NCBI GenBank assembly: GCA_038893835.1
Contig: JAWAQR010000002.1
Coordinates: forward strand, 44,235 to 108,234
Direction of reading: 5' to 3'
Length of the DNA stretch: 64,000 bases
From: Archaeoglobaceae archaeon
GTDB lineage: Archaea; Halobacteriota; Archaeoglobi; Archaeoglobales; Archaeoglobaceae
Made by a program: the position numbers and the translations under genes. The number at the start of each line of letters is the position of its first letter. The stretch's first letter is position 1. Below are positions 19,100 to 29,026 of the stretch, piece after piece. The notes below the pieces were generated by a model, which saw only the letters and a list, made by a program, of their open reading frames with translations, was not told the origin of the DNA and did no database searches.

Positions 19100-20286
19100 A
19101 GGAGATAGAGCGTAAAAAAAATGAAATGGTTCAGCTTCTTTCAAAGCTGATAGAAATAAAGGCTATTTCTCCAGATTTTGGTGGAGAAGGGGAAGAGAAA
19201 AAGGCTGAAGTTCTGATGAATTACCTAGATGAATTCGACTACGTTGAGAGATTTGATGCAATCGATGAAAGAGTTGGAAAAAGGCCAAACATTGTTGCAA
19301 AAATAAAAGGGGCTGTAGACAGAACTATATGGATTGTTTCTCACCTGGACGTCGTCCCTGCTGGGGATGAAAAGCTTTGGAAATCTCCCCCATTCAAAGC
19401 TGTTTTTGAAGGTGGTAGAATTTACGGAAGAGGTAGCGAGGACAATGGACAGGGAATAGTTTCATCTCTCTTTGCTGGAAAGGCAATAATAGAGTCTGGA
19501 TTAAAACCAAAGTACAACTTTGGTCTTGTATTTGTTTCAGATGAGGAAAGTGGAAGTAATTTTGGAATAAAACACCTGCTGAAGAAAGATGTTTTTTCGA
19601 AGAACGATATGTTTGTAGTCCCTGATGTTGGTTCACAAAAAGGGGATGCCATAGAAATCGCGGAAAAGAGCATTCTTTGGTTAAAGTTTGAAATTTACGG
19701 AAAGCAGACACATGCAAGTACGCCTGTGATGAACGCTTCGAGAAGGGCGATGAAGTTCATTTTGGATCTGGATGAAAAACTTCATACGAAGTTCAATGCA
19801 AGAGATGAGCTTTTTAATCCACCTTACTCAACATTTGAGCCCACAAAGAGGGAAAAGAACGTTGATAACATAAATACGATTCCTGGAATCGATATAAGTT
19901 ACATGGATTGTCGCATATTGCCGGAGTATAGGCTTGAAGACGTAATCGATTATATAGAGAGCGTTAAGAAATTCCACGAGATCAGAGACAACGAAAAGAT
20001 AAATGTAGAAGTGATTCACAGCTTTAGCTCTCCAAAGACTCCTGAAAATTCTGAGATTGCTTTGAGACTTTCAAAAACCATAGAGATGATTAGGGGTATA
20101 AAAACCAGGTTCATAGGGATTGGAGGAAATACCTGCGCCTCTTTCCTTAGACATGCTGGTTTCAAAGAAACCGTTGCCTGGTGCACTGCAGATGGGACTG
20201 CGCATAAGCCAAACGAGTACTGTGTTGTAGACAACATGGTGGAGGATGCAAAGGTTTTCTTCATGCTGTTCTTTGATCCAAAATGA
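19093..20286 (+). CDS. M20 family metallohydrolase (DapE/ArgE-like)
   Basis: SHLDVVP, GRGSEDNG, DEESG, HASTP, AHKPNE. Confidence 0.92.
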   Translation: MLKEIERKKNEMVQLLSKLIEIKAISPDFGGEGEEKKAEVLMNYLDEFDYVERFDAIDERVGKRPNIVAKIKGAVDRTIWIVSHLDVVPAGDEKLWKSPPFKAVFEGGRIYGRGSEDNGQGIVSSLFAGKAIIESGLKPKYNFGLVFVSDEESGSNFGIKHLLKKDVFSKNDMFVVPDVGSQKGDAIEIAEKSILWLKFEIYGKQTHASTPVMNASRRAMKFILDLDEKLHTKFNARDELFNPPYSTFEPTKREKNVDNINTIPGIDISYMDCRILPEYRLEDVIDYIESVKKFHEIRDNEKINVEVIHSFSSPKTPENSEIALRLSKTIEMIRGIKTRFIGIGGNTCASFLRHAGFKETVAWCTADGTAHKPNEYCVVDNMVEDAKVFFMLFFDPK

Positions 20287-20326
20287 TCTCACAATCTTTA
20301 TAAGTCCAAAGCCCCATTCAATTCAA

Positions 20327-20401
20327 GGGCCCGTGGCTCAGCCAGGATAGAGCGACGGCCTTCTAAGCCGTAGATCGCGGGTTCAAATCCCGCCGGGTCC
20401 G
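20327..20401 (+). tRNA. tRNA-Arg(TCT)
   Basis: GGGCCCG acceptor, anticodon arm ACGGC-CTTCTAA-GCCGT, GGTTCAAATCC. Confidence 0.97.
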
Positions 20402-20570
20402 CTTTTTACTTAGTATTTGGGTTTGTTTCAACCAGAAACTTCTGAACTTTATTTCTGGAGTCTAGAGTATCAAAATCAAAAGTTCCTTTAACGTTGGGCA
20501 TTCATTGCTCTCAAATGAAAAACTCAGAAAGATTTATATATTTTTATGCTTGAAAAATAATGGTGATTGT

Positions 20571-21095
20571 ATGGCGCTTAGTGAAAGAATTCTTAAAGAG
20601 CTGAACGTTCAGCTGAACAGGGAGATTTACTCAGCCTATCTATATCTTTCAATGGCAGCATATTTCGAATCCATAGGTCTCAAAGGTTTTGCAAACTGGA
20701 TGAAGGTACAATGGCAGGAAGAACTGATGCATGCGATGAAGTTCTTTGAATACATCACAAACCGAGGAGGAAGGGTTGAGTTATATTCAATCGAAGAGCC
20801 GCCAAAAGATTGGAAATCCCCTCTCCACGTTTTTGAATTTGCATTGGAGCATGAAAAAAATGTCACTAAGAGAATTTCAAACCTAGTGGAGCTGGCGATT
20901 GATGAGAAGGATCATGCAACATTCAACATGCTCCAGTGGTTCGTTAATGAGCAGATTGAAGAGGAAAAGAGTTTTGAAGAAATCGTTTCCAAACTGAAGT
21001 TAGCTGGTGAAGATACGAGGGCCTTGCTTTTCCTAGATGTAGAATTTGGAAAAAGGAGAATGAGGGTAGAAAATGAACCTCCAAGCACTGTATAA
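20571..21095 (+). CDS. ftnA: Ferritin
   Basis: QLNREIYSAYLY, EELMHAMKF, EHEK-VT, LQWFVNEQIEEE; RBS GGTGA before ATG 20571. Confidence 0.95.
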   Translation: MALSERILKELNVQLNREIYSAYLYLSMAAYFESIGLKGFANWMKVQWQEELMHAMKFFEYITNRGGRVELYSIEEPPKDWKSPLHVFEFALEHEKNVTKRISNLVELAIDEKDHATFNMLQWFVNEQIEEEKSFEEIVSKLKLAGEDTRALLFLDVEFGKRRMRVENEPPSTV

Positions 21096-21579
21096 GATTA
21101 GCTATGGTCTATACATAGTTTCATCCGTGAAAAACGGTAAATTTGCTGGACAGATAGCGAATACTGTTTTTCAAGTTACTTCTGAACCTCCAAAAATAGC
21201 TGTATGTTTGAACAAGAAGAACACCACTCACGAATTCGTAAAAGATTCAAAAGTTTTTTCTGTAAGCATTCTTGAGAAAGATACTCCCCTACAGTTAATA
21301 GGAAGATTTGGTTTCAGGAGTAGCAAGGATTTCAACAAGTTTGAGGGTTTAAACTTAAGAATTGGAAAAACTGGAGCCCCAATTGTGTTGGATCATTCAG
21401 TCGCCTTTTTGGAGGCTAGAGTTGTGAATGATTTCGACGTTGGAAGTCATACACTATTCATCGGAGAGCTCGTGGATGCGGAAATTCTCAAGGATGCGGA
21501 ACTTATGACTTATGAGTATTACCACTTTGTGAAAAAGGGAAAGGCTCCAAAAACAGCAACTGTCTATCTGGAGAAATGA
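21073..21579 (+). CDS. Flavin reductase-like protein (flavoredoxin type)
   Basis: ALYKISYGLYIV, FGFRSS, GSHTLFIGE, MTYEYYH..KGKAPKTA. Confidence 0.9.
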   Translation: MNLQALYKISYGLYIVSSVKNGKFAGQIANTVFQVTSEPPKIAVCLNKKNTTHEFVKDSKVFSVSILEKDTPLQLIGRFGFRSSKDFNKFEGLNLRIGKTGAPIVLDHSVAFLEARVVNDFDVGSHTLFIGELVDAEILKDAELMTYEYYHFVKKGKAPKTATVYLEK

Positions 21580-21716
21580 AGGCTGAAGAGATTCTAAGAA
21601 AAGCCCTATAATTGGAAATGAAAGCGATTGAAACCTATAGCATGATAAAAAAAGATGCTTCTCCCGAAATAGTCGACATCTTAGATCATCTCATGCAGGA
21701 GAGGGAGAATATATAA
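21576..21716 (+). pseudogene. Small ferritin/rubrerythrin-like protein with in-frame TAA at codon 12
   Basis: ATG overlaps the flavin reductase stop; MKAEEILRKAL*LEMKAIETYSMIKKDASPEIVDILDHLMQEREN. Confidence 0.65.
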
Positions 21717-22242
21717 AGACTTTGGCATTCTTTTAACCGGTAAATAGCCTTCCCAAATTTTTAAAGAGTGGTATGCGACTGAAACAAATTATATAACAAT
21801 TGCGGCGGCTGTTAAAGTGGGTCTTTCTGTTCATTTCAAACTCCCTTCTTTTCCATTTCGATTTTGTTTGAATTCTCCTAGTTATCTCCTCTATATTTCC
21901 CGAAGACAAATTTTTTATCTTCAACAGGTTTTTCTGTTGGAATCACGAACACGAGTGATTTATACTTACCAACAATTATATCACCTTCTGAAAATACCTC
22001 AGTATAATCAAAGGCCATGAAAACATCAAAATCAAAAATTTTATTATGAATCTTATATATTTTATTTTTATAAGATAAATTTTGAATTAATTTTATCCCC
22101 TAATTACTTTGCTTTATCATTTTTATATATAGAATTTTTTTCCAGAAATAAAATTCCACAGCCTTCAAAACGAAAATCGAGCAATCCAGAAAAGCGGGAA
22201 TTCAACGATAGCCTTTTATACATCTCCAATCCTCGAAAAAAA

Positions 22243-22315
22243 TGGGCTCGGCCGGATTCGAACCGGCGATCTCCGCCGTGTAAGGGCGGTGTCATAACCG
22301 CTAGACCACGAGCCC
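22243..22315 (-). tRNA. tRNA-Val(TAC)
   Basis: GGGCTCG acceptor, anticodon arm CCGCC-CTTACAC-GGCGG, GGTTCGAATCC. Confidence 0.97.
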
Positions 22316-22339
22316 TAAAAAATTGTTGAGGCTGGAAAT

Positions 22340-23107
22340 TTAAGTATTTTGTTTCAAAGCCTTGACAACTTCTACTATTTTTGGCAATATCTCTCCCGCC
22401 TTTCCATAAATCCTAATGTCAAAGATGTGATCTGCAACCGTTGGTTCGGCATTTATCAATATCATTTTCGCCCCACAGCTCTTTGCAATATATGGCAGCT
22501 CTGCAGCTGGATAAACGACAAGACTTGAACCCACAACAATGAATACGTCTGCCATTCTCGACTCCTCAATAGCCTGCTCTAAAACATCTTTGGGCAGCGG
22601 TTCTCCAAATAAAACTACTCTCGGTTTTACATAAAGGCTCCCACATACTTTACATCTAGGAATTTCTCTCTTCTCAAAGTTTTCAATGAAGTCTCCCCAA
22701 TCGTATTCCTTTCCACAGTCGAGGCAATCGATCTTTGCAGTACTACCGTGAAGCTCTAGAACCTTCTTACTTCCTGCTTTCTGATGTAGCATGTCGATGT
22801 TTTGTGTAATAACAGCTTTAACTATCCCCATTTTTTCCAACTCTGCAATTGCATAATGTGCTGGATTTGGTTCAGCAAATAGCTTACTTCTGAGTTCAAA
22901 AGAGAATTCCCAAAAAGCCCTTGGATTCCTTCTAAATCCCCAGATCGAGGCAACTTCTTCCGGATCATACTTTTTCCAAAGACCATCTTCTCCACGAAAA
23001 GTCGGTATTCCACTTTCAGCAGATACTCCTGCACCGGTAAAAACTACCGCATACTTGGCACCCGCAATAATCCTCCCCGCCTCTTCTATTCTGTCCCTTT
23101 CAATCAT
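22340..23107 (-). CDS. cobB: NAD-dependent protein deacylase (Sir2)
   Basis: GAGVSAESGIPTFRG, TQNID, HGS, two CxxC, GSSLVVYPAA. Confidence 0.96.
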   Translation of the reverse strand: MIERDRIEEAGRIIAGAKYAVVFTGAGVSAESGIPTFRGEDGLWKKYDPEEVASIWGFRRNPRAFWEFSFELRSKLFAEPNPAHYAIAELEKMGIVKAVITQNIDMLHQKAGSKKVLELHGSTAKIDCLDCGKEYDWGDFIENFEKREIPRCKVCGSLYVKPRVVLFGEPLPKDVLEQAIEESRMADVFIVVGSSLVVYPAAELPYIAKSCGAKMILINAEPTVADHIFDIRIYGKAGEILPKIVEVVKALKQNT

Positions 23108-23143
23108 AATCCGATTTGGATAACCATTTTAAAAATCTTTATC

Positions 23144-23764
23144 CTATATTTTTTTCAGCTCCACTATCATCTCGTTCAAATTTAAGGTTGCAAATCTCCC
23201 CCAAGCAACTGGTCCAGGATTTATGACGAATACTTTCCCTCTGTAAACACCAAAAGACTCATGCACATGTCCTGTAATCGCAATATCGAAATTTTCAATT
23301 TTCTTAGCAATTTCCTCGCTTCCTACGTTTAAACCATGCTTTGTCTTATCTAGAATTCCCTTCGCCGGTGAATGCGAAAGGAGAATGTTTAAAGTTGAAT
23401 AATTGAATTTTTTAAAAATTTCTGCAAAATAATTCTCCGGGTATTCTGAAGGGGTGTTGAACGGAGTTTGCAGAGATCCTCCTATTCCATGAAGTGTAAA
23501 ATCTCCAATTTTTATACTTCTTCCATGAACAAATTCTATGCTTTCCAGCTCTAGCTCCAAGATTTCTTCATAATCACAATTTCCGTGAACCGCATAGCAT
23601 TCTAAGCCCTCCGAGGATAGAATCCTATCTATTAAAAGTGCATCGCTAATTTTGAAATCCGTTAGATCTCCTGAGATCAGTAAAAGATCGAAGCTCTCCT
23701 TTTTAATAATAGCCTTTAATTTTTCCACCTCTGAATGAATGTCAGATGCTATCAATAGCTTCAT
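23144..23764 (-). CDS. Calcineurin-like metallophosphoesterase
   Basis: SDIH, GDLTD, GNCD, GHVHE, NPG; start MKLLIASD overlaps upstream stop. Confidence 0.9.
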   Translation of the reverse strand: MKLLIASDIHSEVEKLKAIIKKESFDLLLISGDLTDFKISDALLIDRILSSEGLECYAVHGNCDYEEILELELESIEFVHGRSIKIGDFTLHGIGGSLQTPFNTPSEYPENYFAEIFKKFNYSTLNILLSHSPAKGILDKTKHGLNVGSEEIAKKIENFDIAITGHVHESFGVYRGKVFVINPGPVAWGRFATLNLNEMIVELKKI

Positions 23765-24981
23765 ATCACAAAGACATCTCCATTCTTTGGAGCGAAAGCA
23801 TCTATTCCCACATTCTCCCTTATCCATGAAGCAAATTCATCGCACTTTTCTCCATGGACTGTAAAAACTATCTCAACACCTTTGTCCGCAGATGCTCTTA
23901 CAAATTCTTTAAGTTGCGAATCGTCTGCATGAGCTGAGAAATCGTATTGTTCAACCTTCATTTTGAGCTTTACAATCCTAGTTCCCAGATTTATCATTCC
24001 AAGTTTCAAAGCCATATCACCGTTCGTTCCCTCAACTTGATACCCTGTGATGATCAGTTTCGATTTCGGATCATTGTAGACTCTTGAAAGGTAGAACAAA
24101 GCGGGACCCCCATTAAGCATACCAGCGGTGGTTACAATTACTGAAGGTTCTTTCAACACATCCTCCCTTTTCTTCCACTCAACCCATATGGCATTTTTAT
24201 AAGCCCTTCTAAGAGCCTTTGGATCCCTTATATAATCCGGATATCTTTCCAGTATCTTGAAGACTTCCCTACCCATTCCGTCAACGTATGGAGTTATACC
24301 ATGACTTTCGAGAATCATAAGAACTTCCTGAGTCCTTCCAACTGCAAAAGCAGGAATGATTGCATGACCCTTATTTTCCAAAGTCTCAATCACACTCTCG
24401 ACGAATTTTTTCTCAAGCTCCTTCCTATCTGGATGTTCAACGCTATAATACGTGCTTTCAATGATTAAAATATCTGCCTCAGGTAAATCTTTCTGGGCAC
24501 CTTCAAGCAGACGTGTATCTTCAAGTTTTAGATCTCCCGAATATAGAATTCTTAGATCGTTTTCTAGGCATATCATCGCACTTCCAGGCACATGTCCGGC
24601 GTTCAAAAACTCGACCTCGAACTTGTCAACTTTAAACTTCTCGTTATAATCCACTATAACGCAATTACTTTCAAACTGCCTAATCTCTTTCTTCGAAAAT
24701 GGAGGCGGCTGCATGACGTTTATTGAATCATAAAGGAGAAGTCTACCAATATCTACCGAAGGCGGCGTTAAATATATCTTTGGATCATAATCCATTAGAC
24801 TCGGCACGAAGCCGAGATGGTCGAGATGGGCATGAGATACAAGAATTGCCTTTGGCGAGAAATCCATTGGAAATTCAGGAGGAGAAGAGGGTTTGATTCC
24901 ATAGTCTAATATGATCGAATCTACCGCCACCGCTGATCTACCAACTTCCCCGCATCCTCCAAGGAACTTTATCGTAGACAC
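23761..24981 (-). CDS. MBL-fold beta-CASP ribonuclease (aCPSF-like, no KH domains)
   Basis: GGCGEVGRS, SHAHLDH, AGHVPGS, IESTY, PAFAVGRTQE, FSAHAD, VHGE. Confidence 0.92.
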   Translation of the reverse strand: MSTIKFLGGCGEVGRSAVAVDSIILDYGIKPSSPPEFPMDFSPKAILVSHAHLDHLGFVPSLMDYDPKIYLTPPSVDIGRLLLYDSINVMQPPPFSKKEIRQFESNCVIVDYNEKFKVDKFEVEFLNAGHVPGSAMICLENDLRILYSGDLKLEDTRLLEGAQKDLPEADILIIESTYYSVEHPDRKELEKKFVESVIETLENKGHAIIPAFAVGRTQEVLMILESHGITPYVDGMGREVFKILERYPDYIRDPKALRRAYKNAIWVEWKKREDVLKEPSVIVTTAGMLNGGPALFYLSRVYNDPKSKLIITGYQVEGTNGDMALKLGMINLGTRIVKLKMKVEQYDFSAHADDSQLKEFVRASADKGVEIVFTVHGEKCDEFASWIRENVGIDAFAPKNGDVFVI

Positions 24982-25068
24982 CTTTAAAATTAAAATGCTT
25001 TTGAAATATATCTCTTTCGGAGAATTTGGGAAATCTTAAGCAATTATAAAAAGTTATTAAACAAACGA

Positions 25069-25203
25069 TGGGGTCGGTGGGATTTGAACCCACGACTTGC
25101 GGGTCTCTTCGGTCAGAGCTCCAACGGGTCATCACAATTCAGCAGACCCACAACTCATCACACCACTGGAGCCCGCCGCGCTTCCTGGCTACGCCACGAC
25201 CCC
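25069..25203 (-). tRNA. tRNA-Trp(CCA) with a 61-nt intron (25105-25165) at position 37/38
   Basis: Exon 1 GGGGTCG...GCGGGCTCCAG, exon 2 ACCCGC...GGTTCAAATCC...CGACCCCA; BHB-like junction. Confidence 0.95.
25105..25165 (-). ncRNA. Intron-encoded box C/D guide sRNA (predicted Cm34 and Cm39 of tRNA-Trp)
   Basis: GTGATGA-guide-CTGA-GTGATGA-guide-CTGA; guides TTGTGGGTCT and TTGGAGC complementary to the host exons; D+5 rule gives C39 and C34. Confidence 0.9.
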
Positions 25204-25330
25204 TTGCTTTCTATAACTTCTCAGTAAATATAACTGTTTTGGTCATCATTAAGCAAAATAATTCAATCGATCATTAATGTTTGTTGTGAAGCGAAAGAGA
25301 TTTAAATCTTTTCAAACTTCGTTCTTATAA

Positions 25331-25405
25331 GCTCCGGTGGTGTAGCCCGGTCAAACATTCGGGCCTTTCGAGCCCGCGCCCCGGGTTCAAATCCCGGCCG
25401 GAGCA
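25331..25405 (+). tRNA. tRNA-Glu(TTC)
   Basis: GCTCCGG acceptor, anticodon arm CGGGC-CTTTCGA-GCCCG, GGTTCAAATCC. Confidence 0.97.
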
Positions 25406-25431
25406 CTTTTAAATTTCTGCTGTGCATTTTT

Positions 25432-25992
25432 TTAGATTTTATTTTCATTTACTATAAAATTACAAACTCTCTCTGTTAGCAAATCGAATTTTCCAAAATA
25501 AAAGTGATCTGTATCCAGAATCGCAAAATCTTTCGGATCTTTTGCCTTTAAGAATAACAAGAATCCATCGGAAAGGGATATGAATTGATCTCTCTTCGCA
25601 ATAACGAAAAGCTTTGGCACTTCTGAGTCCTTAAAACTTATCGACCCAATGGAAGGTAATGGAGAAATGAAGACTGCAGAATTGCATAGATTTGCAACGT
25701 TTGATGCGACGACACTTCCAAAGGAGTAACCCACTATTGTAACTGTGGAATGCATGGATTTGAGAAAATCTATACAAATCTTCGCATCTTCTATTTCCCC
25801 AATCCCCTCTCTATAGCCCCTATAATCGAAGATCATCGTTGAAAATCCGAGAGAGTTCAACCTTCTCGCTATCCTCACAAGTCTTTCATCGAACCTACAA
25901 CCACCCATCAGTGGATGTGGTGGGCAGAGAAGAACGGCCTTTTCCCCTACTGGATCATAAGTAGCCTTTATCTTCTGAATCTCAATATCCAT
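25432..25992 (-). CDS. Alpha/beta hydrolase
   Basis: PPHPLMGG, GYSFG nucleophile elbow, DHFY. Confidence 0.88.
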   Translation of the reverse strand: MDIEIQKIKATYDPVGEKAVLLCPPHPLMGGCRFDERLVRIARRLNSLGFSTMIFDYRGYREGIGEIEDAKICIDFLKSMHSTVTIVGYSFGSVVASNVANLCNSAVFISPLPSIGSISFKDSEVPKLFVIAKRDQFISLSDGFLLFLKAKDPKDFAILDTDHFYFGKFDLLTERVCNFIVNENKI

Positions 25993-26884
25993 ATTTTTCC
26001 CTTATCATTTCAATTGCTTCCTTTGCCGATTCGGAAAGATTTACGTCCATAAGATAGTTTTCCAATAAGTTCAAGTCTTCCTTTTCCCCAACTATGCCTA
26101 ACATCATTATTGCATCCTCCTTTATTCGCCTATCTTCATGCTCGAGCAGCCTTATTATCTTTTCTTTTGCTTTTCTGCTTATCTTTTTTCCATTCTTTTG
26201 CAAGTTTTCTATCAAAGCCATCGCACCAAGGCGAACAAAGAAGTTTTCATGCGCTATTAATTCAACTATCGTCTCTGTTTTGTCAACGAGTATTTTTAAA
26301 TCATCAATCTCTCCCCTCTCTAGTTTGTGAACCATATATTCATAATAATCTCCTTCCAGTCCCAATTTTATCAATCTTTCCAGTCCCCTTTCATTGAGTG
26401 CCCCTCTAAAAACCATCTTATCCACAAAAACCGTAGGGACTCCCTGAACTCCAGCTTTCTCAGCCGTTTCAGGGAAAATGGTAACATCGACAACATGATG
26501 CTCTAAACCGAGTTTTAAGGCGATCCTGTTCATAGAATCCAATAAAAACTTACAGTTCGGACATATGGGTGAAACAAAGGTTATAACTTTTGCTCTCTTT
26601 TCTTCTAATTTTTTATCAAACTCTAAAGCCATCTTGATTGCGAGTAAGAACGATTCGAGCTCCGAATACTGTGGAATAGCATGAAAGAATAAGTTATAAC
26701 CCTTTAATTCGATTGCAGGTAAATTCATTTCTTTTTCAAATTCCGTTTCGAATTCGTAATCAACTGGAATTATTTCGCTCAATCTTTTTACAAATTCCAG
26801 CATTTTTTGATCTCCATAAACTTTTAGATGAATTTTTCTTGACAAATTTCCTATCGCTCTTTTTACAATTTTTTCTGTTAGCAT
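25982..26884 (-). CDS. Thioredoxin-fold (protein disulfide oxidoreductase-like) protein with C-terminal HEAT repeats
   Basis: CPNC, GVQGVPT; C-terminal VRLGAMAL...IKEDAIMMLG helical repeats. Confidence 0.8.
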   Translation of the reverse strand: MLTEKIVKRAIGNLSRKIHLKVYGDQKMLEFVKRLSEIIPVDYEFETEFEKEMNLPAIELKGYNLFFHAIPQYSELESFLLAIKMALEFDKKLEEKRAKVITFVSPICPNCKFLLDSMNRIALKLGLEHHVVDVTIFPETAEKAGVQGVPTVFVDKMVFRGALNERGLERLIKLGLEGDYYEYMVHKLERGEIDDLKILVDKTETIVELIAHENFFVRLGAMALIENLQKNGKKISRKAKEKIIRLLEHEDRRIKEDAIMMLGIVGEKEDLNLLENYLMDVNLSESAKEAIEMIREKYGY

Positions 26885-26934
26885 CGTAAAAAGATTGAGG
26901 GGTAAATTTTTTAAGTTTTTTGCAAAGACTAAAT

Positions 26935-29007
26935 ATGATCAGCTGCCCAGAACTCTGGACAGAGTTCTTTGAGAAATATTATGCTGAGGAGTTGAACAAA
27001 TTAGCATTTCGTATCAAAGAGGGAGGTGATAAAAGATCGATTTATGTCAATTTTACCCGGGATTTACTTGTTTTTCAAGAAGGCAGACTCGGGGAGGAGT
27101 TGATCGAAAATCCCGACATAGTTCTAGCACATGCAGAGCAAGGCCTTGCAAGAGCGACGAACATTTACGGAGTTCCATTGGAAGGTTGTAAAACTAGAAT
27201 ATTTTCACTCCCAGCAACCAGAAAGATGCTCATAAGGAATCTGAGAAGTGTCCATATTTCAAAGCTAGTTGCAATCGAAGGAATTGTTAGAAAAGTAACT
27301 GAAGTTCGTCCAAGGGTAGTTTCTGCTGCCTTTAAATGTCTTGATTGCGGTTCCATTTCTTACGTTCCCCAAGATGAGTCTTTGCTGAGATATCCATACC
27401 AGTGTACTTGTGGGGGGAAGAAATTCGTTTTTTTACCAGAAAACAGCGTGTCTGTAGATAGTCAAAGAGTTAGAATTCAGGAATATCCCGAAAACCTTCG
27501 CGGTGGAGAGCAGCCACAGAGTATAGATGTAATACTCGAGGGAGATATATCGGGAACAGTAAATCCTGGAGATAGAGTTATAATCAACGGGATCGTAAGA
27601 GCTAAGCCAAGGGGAGTTCATCAGAGAAAATTAACACACCTAGACTTGTTCATCGAAGGAAATTCGGTAGAAATAGTTCAGCAGGAATATGAAGAGTTCG
27701 AGATAACGGAAAAGGATAAGGAAAAAATAATAGCGCTTGCAAAAAGTGAAGACATATATGAAAGGATTGTAAAAACGATTGCCCCGTCGATATATGGATA
27801 TGAGGATGTAAAACTTGCGATAGCGTTACAGCTATTTGGAGGAGTTCCGAAGAAGCTTCCGGATGGAACAGAAATAAGGGGAGATATACACATTTTACTC
27901 GTTGGCGATCCCGGTGTTGCGAAATCTCAACTTTTGCGATACGTGCACAGAATTGCTCCGAGAAGTATATACACTACTGGGAAAGGGACAACAACCGCTG
28001 GTCTTACTGCTGCTGCTGTAAGAGATGAAGTGGATGGTAGATGGACACTTGAAGCTGGGGCATTAGTTCTTGCAGATAAAGGTATAGCGCTTGTCGATGA
28101 AATAGACAAAATGAGGAAAGAGGATCGTTCAGCACTACATGAAGCCCTTGAACAGCAAACGATTAGCGTTGCAAAAGCTGGAATAAATGCAATATTAAAG
28201 GCAAGATGTGCGCTTTTAGCTGCAGCAAATCCAAAGTATGGAAGATTTGATCGCTACTCATCAATTGCAGAGCAAATCGAGCTTTCTCCAACTCTCCTAT
28301 CCAGATTCGATCTGATATTTGTTTTAACAGATGAACCAAACATTGAGAGAGATAAAAAGCTGGCAGAGCATATTCTAAACATTCACCAACTTGGGGAGGT
28401 TCTTGAAAGATCTAAATCCATAAGTGAAGATGTAAAACAAAAAACTGAAAAAATAGAGCCTGCAATTGATCCAGATCTCTTAAGGAAGTACATAGCATAT
28501 GCCAAAAACTTTTACCCAGTTTTAAGTGAGGAGGCGAAAAGAAGGATTGAAGAATATTACATTTCACTCAGAGCAAAGGCAAAGGAGAATTCACCGATAC
28601 CGATAACTGCAAGACAACTTGAGAGTATTGTAAGATTAGCAGAGGCTTCTGCGAGGATAAGATTGAGCGAAGTCGTGACAGCTGAGGATGTGGAGAGGGT
28701 TATAAAGATCATGGAAAAGAGTCTTGCCCAGATTGCAATAGATCCTGAAACAGGAGAACTCGACATAGACTTCGCTTTCTCCGGAACTTCGAAGAGGCAA
28801 AGAGATAGGATATGGATTATGAAAAAGATAATCGAGGAGCTAGAAGAGATGAATGAATTCGGAGCCCCTGAGGAAGAGATTATCAAAAGAGCTAAAAGCA
28901 ATGGAATTGAGGAAGAGAGAGCGAGAGAAATCATTTCGAAGCTGAAGATAAATGGAGAGATATTTTCACCAAAGTTCGGATTCTATAGAATTGTCAGAAA
29001 AAGGTAA
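26935..29007 (+). CDS. mcm: Replicative helicase MCM (no intein)
   Basis: Zn finger, [29 protein letters not shown]-terminal wHTH. Confidence 0.97.
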   Translation: MISCPELWTEFFEKYYAEELNKLAFRIKEGGDKRSIYVNFTRDLLVFQEGRLGEELIENPDIVLAHAEQGLARATNIYGVPLEGCKTRIFSLPATRKMLIRNLRSVHISKLVAIEGIVRKVTEVRPRVVSAAFKCLDCGSISYVPQDESLLRYPYQCTCGGKKFVFLPENSVSVDSQRVRIQEYPENLRGGEQPQSIDVILEGDISGTVNPGDRVIINGIVRAKPRGVHQRKLTHLDLFIEGNSVEIVQQEYEEFEITEKDKEKIIALAKSEDIYERIVKTIAPSIYGYEDVKLAIALQLFGGVPKKLPDGTEIRGDIHILLVGDPGVAKSQLLRYVHRIAPRSIYTTGKGTTTAGLTAAAVRDEVDGRWTLEAGALVLADKGIALVDEIDKMRKEDRSALHEALEQQTISVAKAGINAILKARCALLAAANPKYGRFDRYSSIAEQIELSPTLLSRFDLIFVLTDEPNIERDKKLAEHILNIHQLGEVLERSKSISEDVKQKTEKIEPAIDPDLLRKYIAYAKNFYPVLSEEAKRRIEEYYISLRAKAKENSPIPITARQLESIVRLAEASARIRLSEVVTAEDVERVIKIMEKSLAQIAIDPETGELDIDFAFSGTSKRQRDRIWIMKKIIEELEEMNEFGAPEEEIIKRAKSNGIEEERAREIISKLKINGEIFSPKFGFYRIVRKR

Positions 29008-29026
29008 AATATAAAAGATGTGAGGA

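Noticed and set aside
25220-25252. ATGATGA...CTGA on the minus strand upstream of tRNA-Trp resembling a C/D sRNA
   Set aside because: Only about 20 nt between boxes, no C'/D' pair, and it overlaps the tRNA TATA box.
22104-25277. ORFs 22104-22295, 24938-25135 and 25068-25277
   Set aside because: They overlap tRNA-Val and tRNA-Trp.
26935-29007. Inteins in MCM (also checked RfcL)
   Set aside because: Normal lengths and contiguous motifs; no splice-junction signatures.
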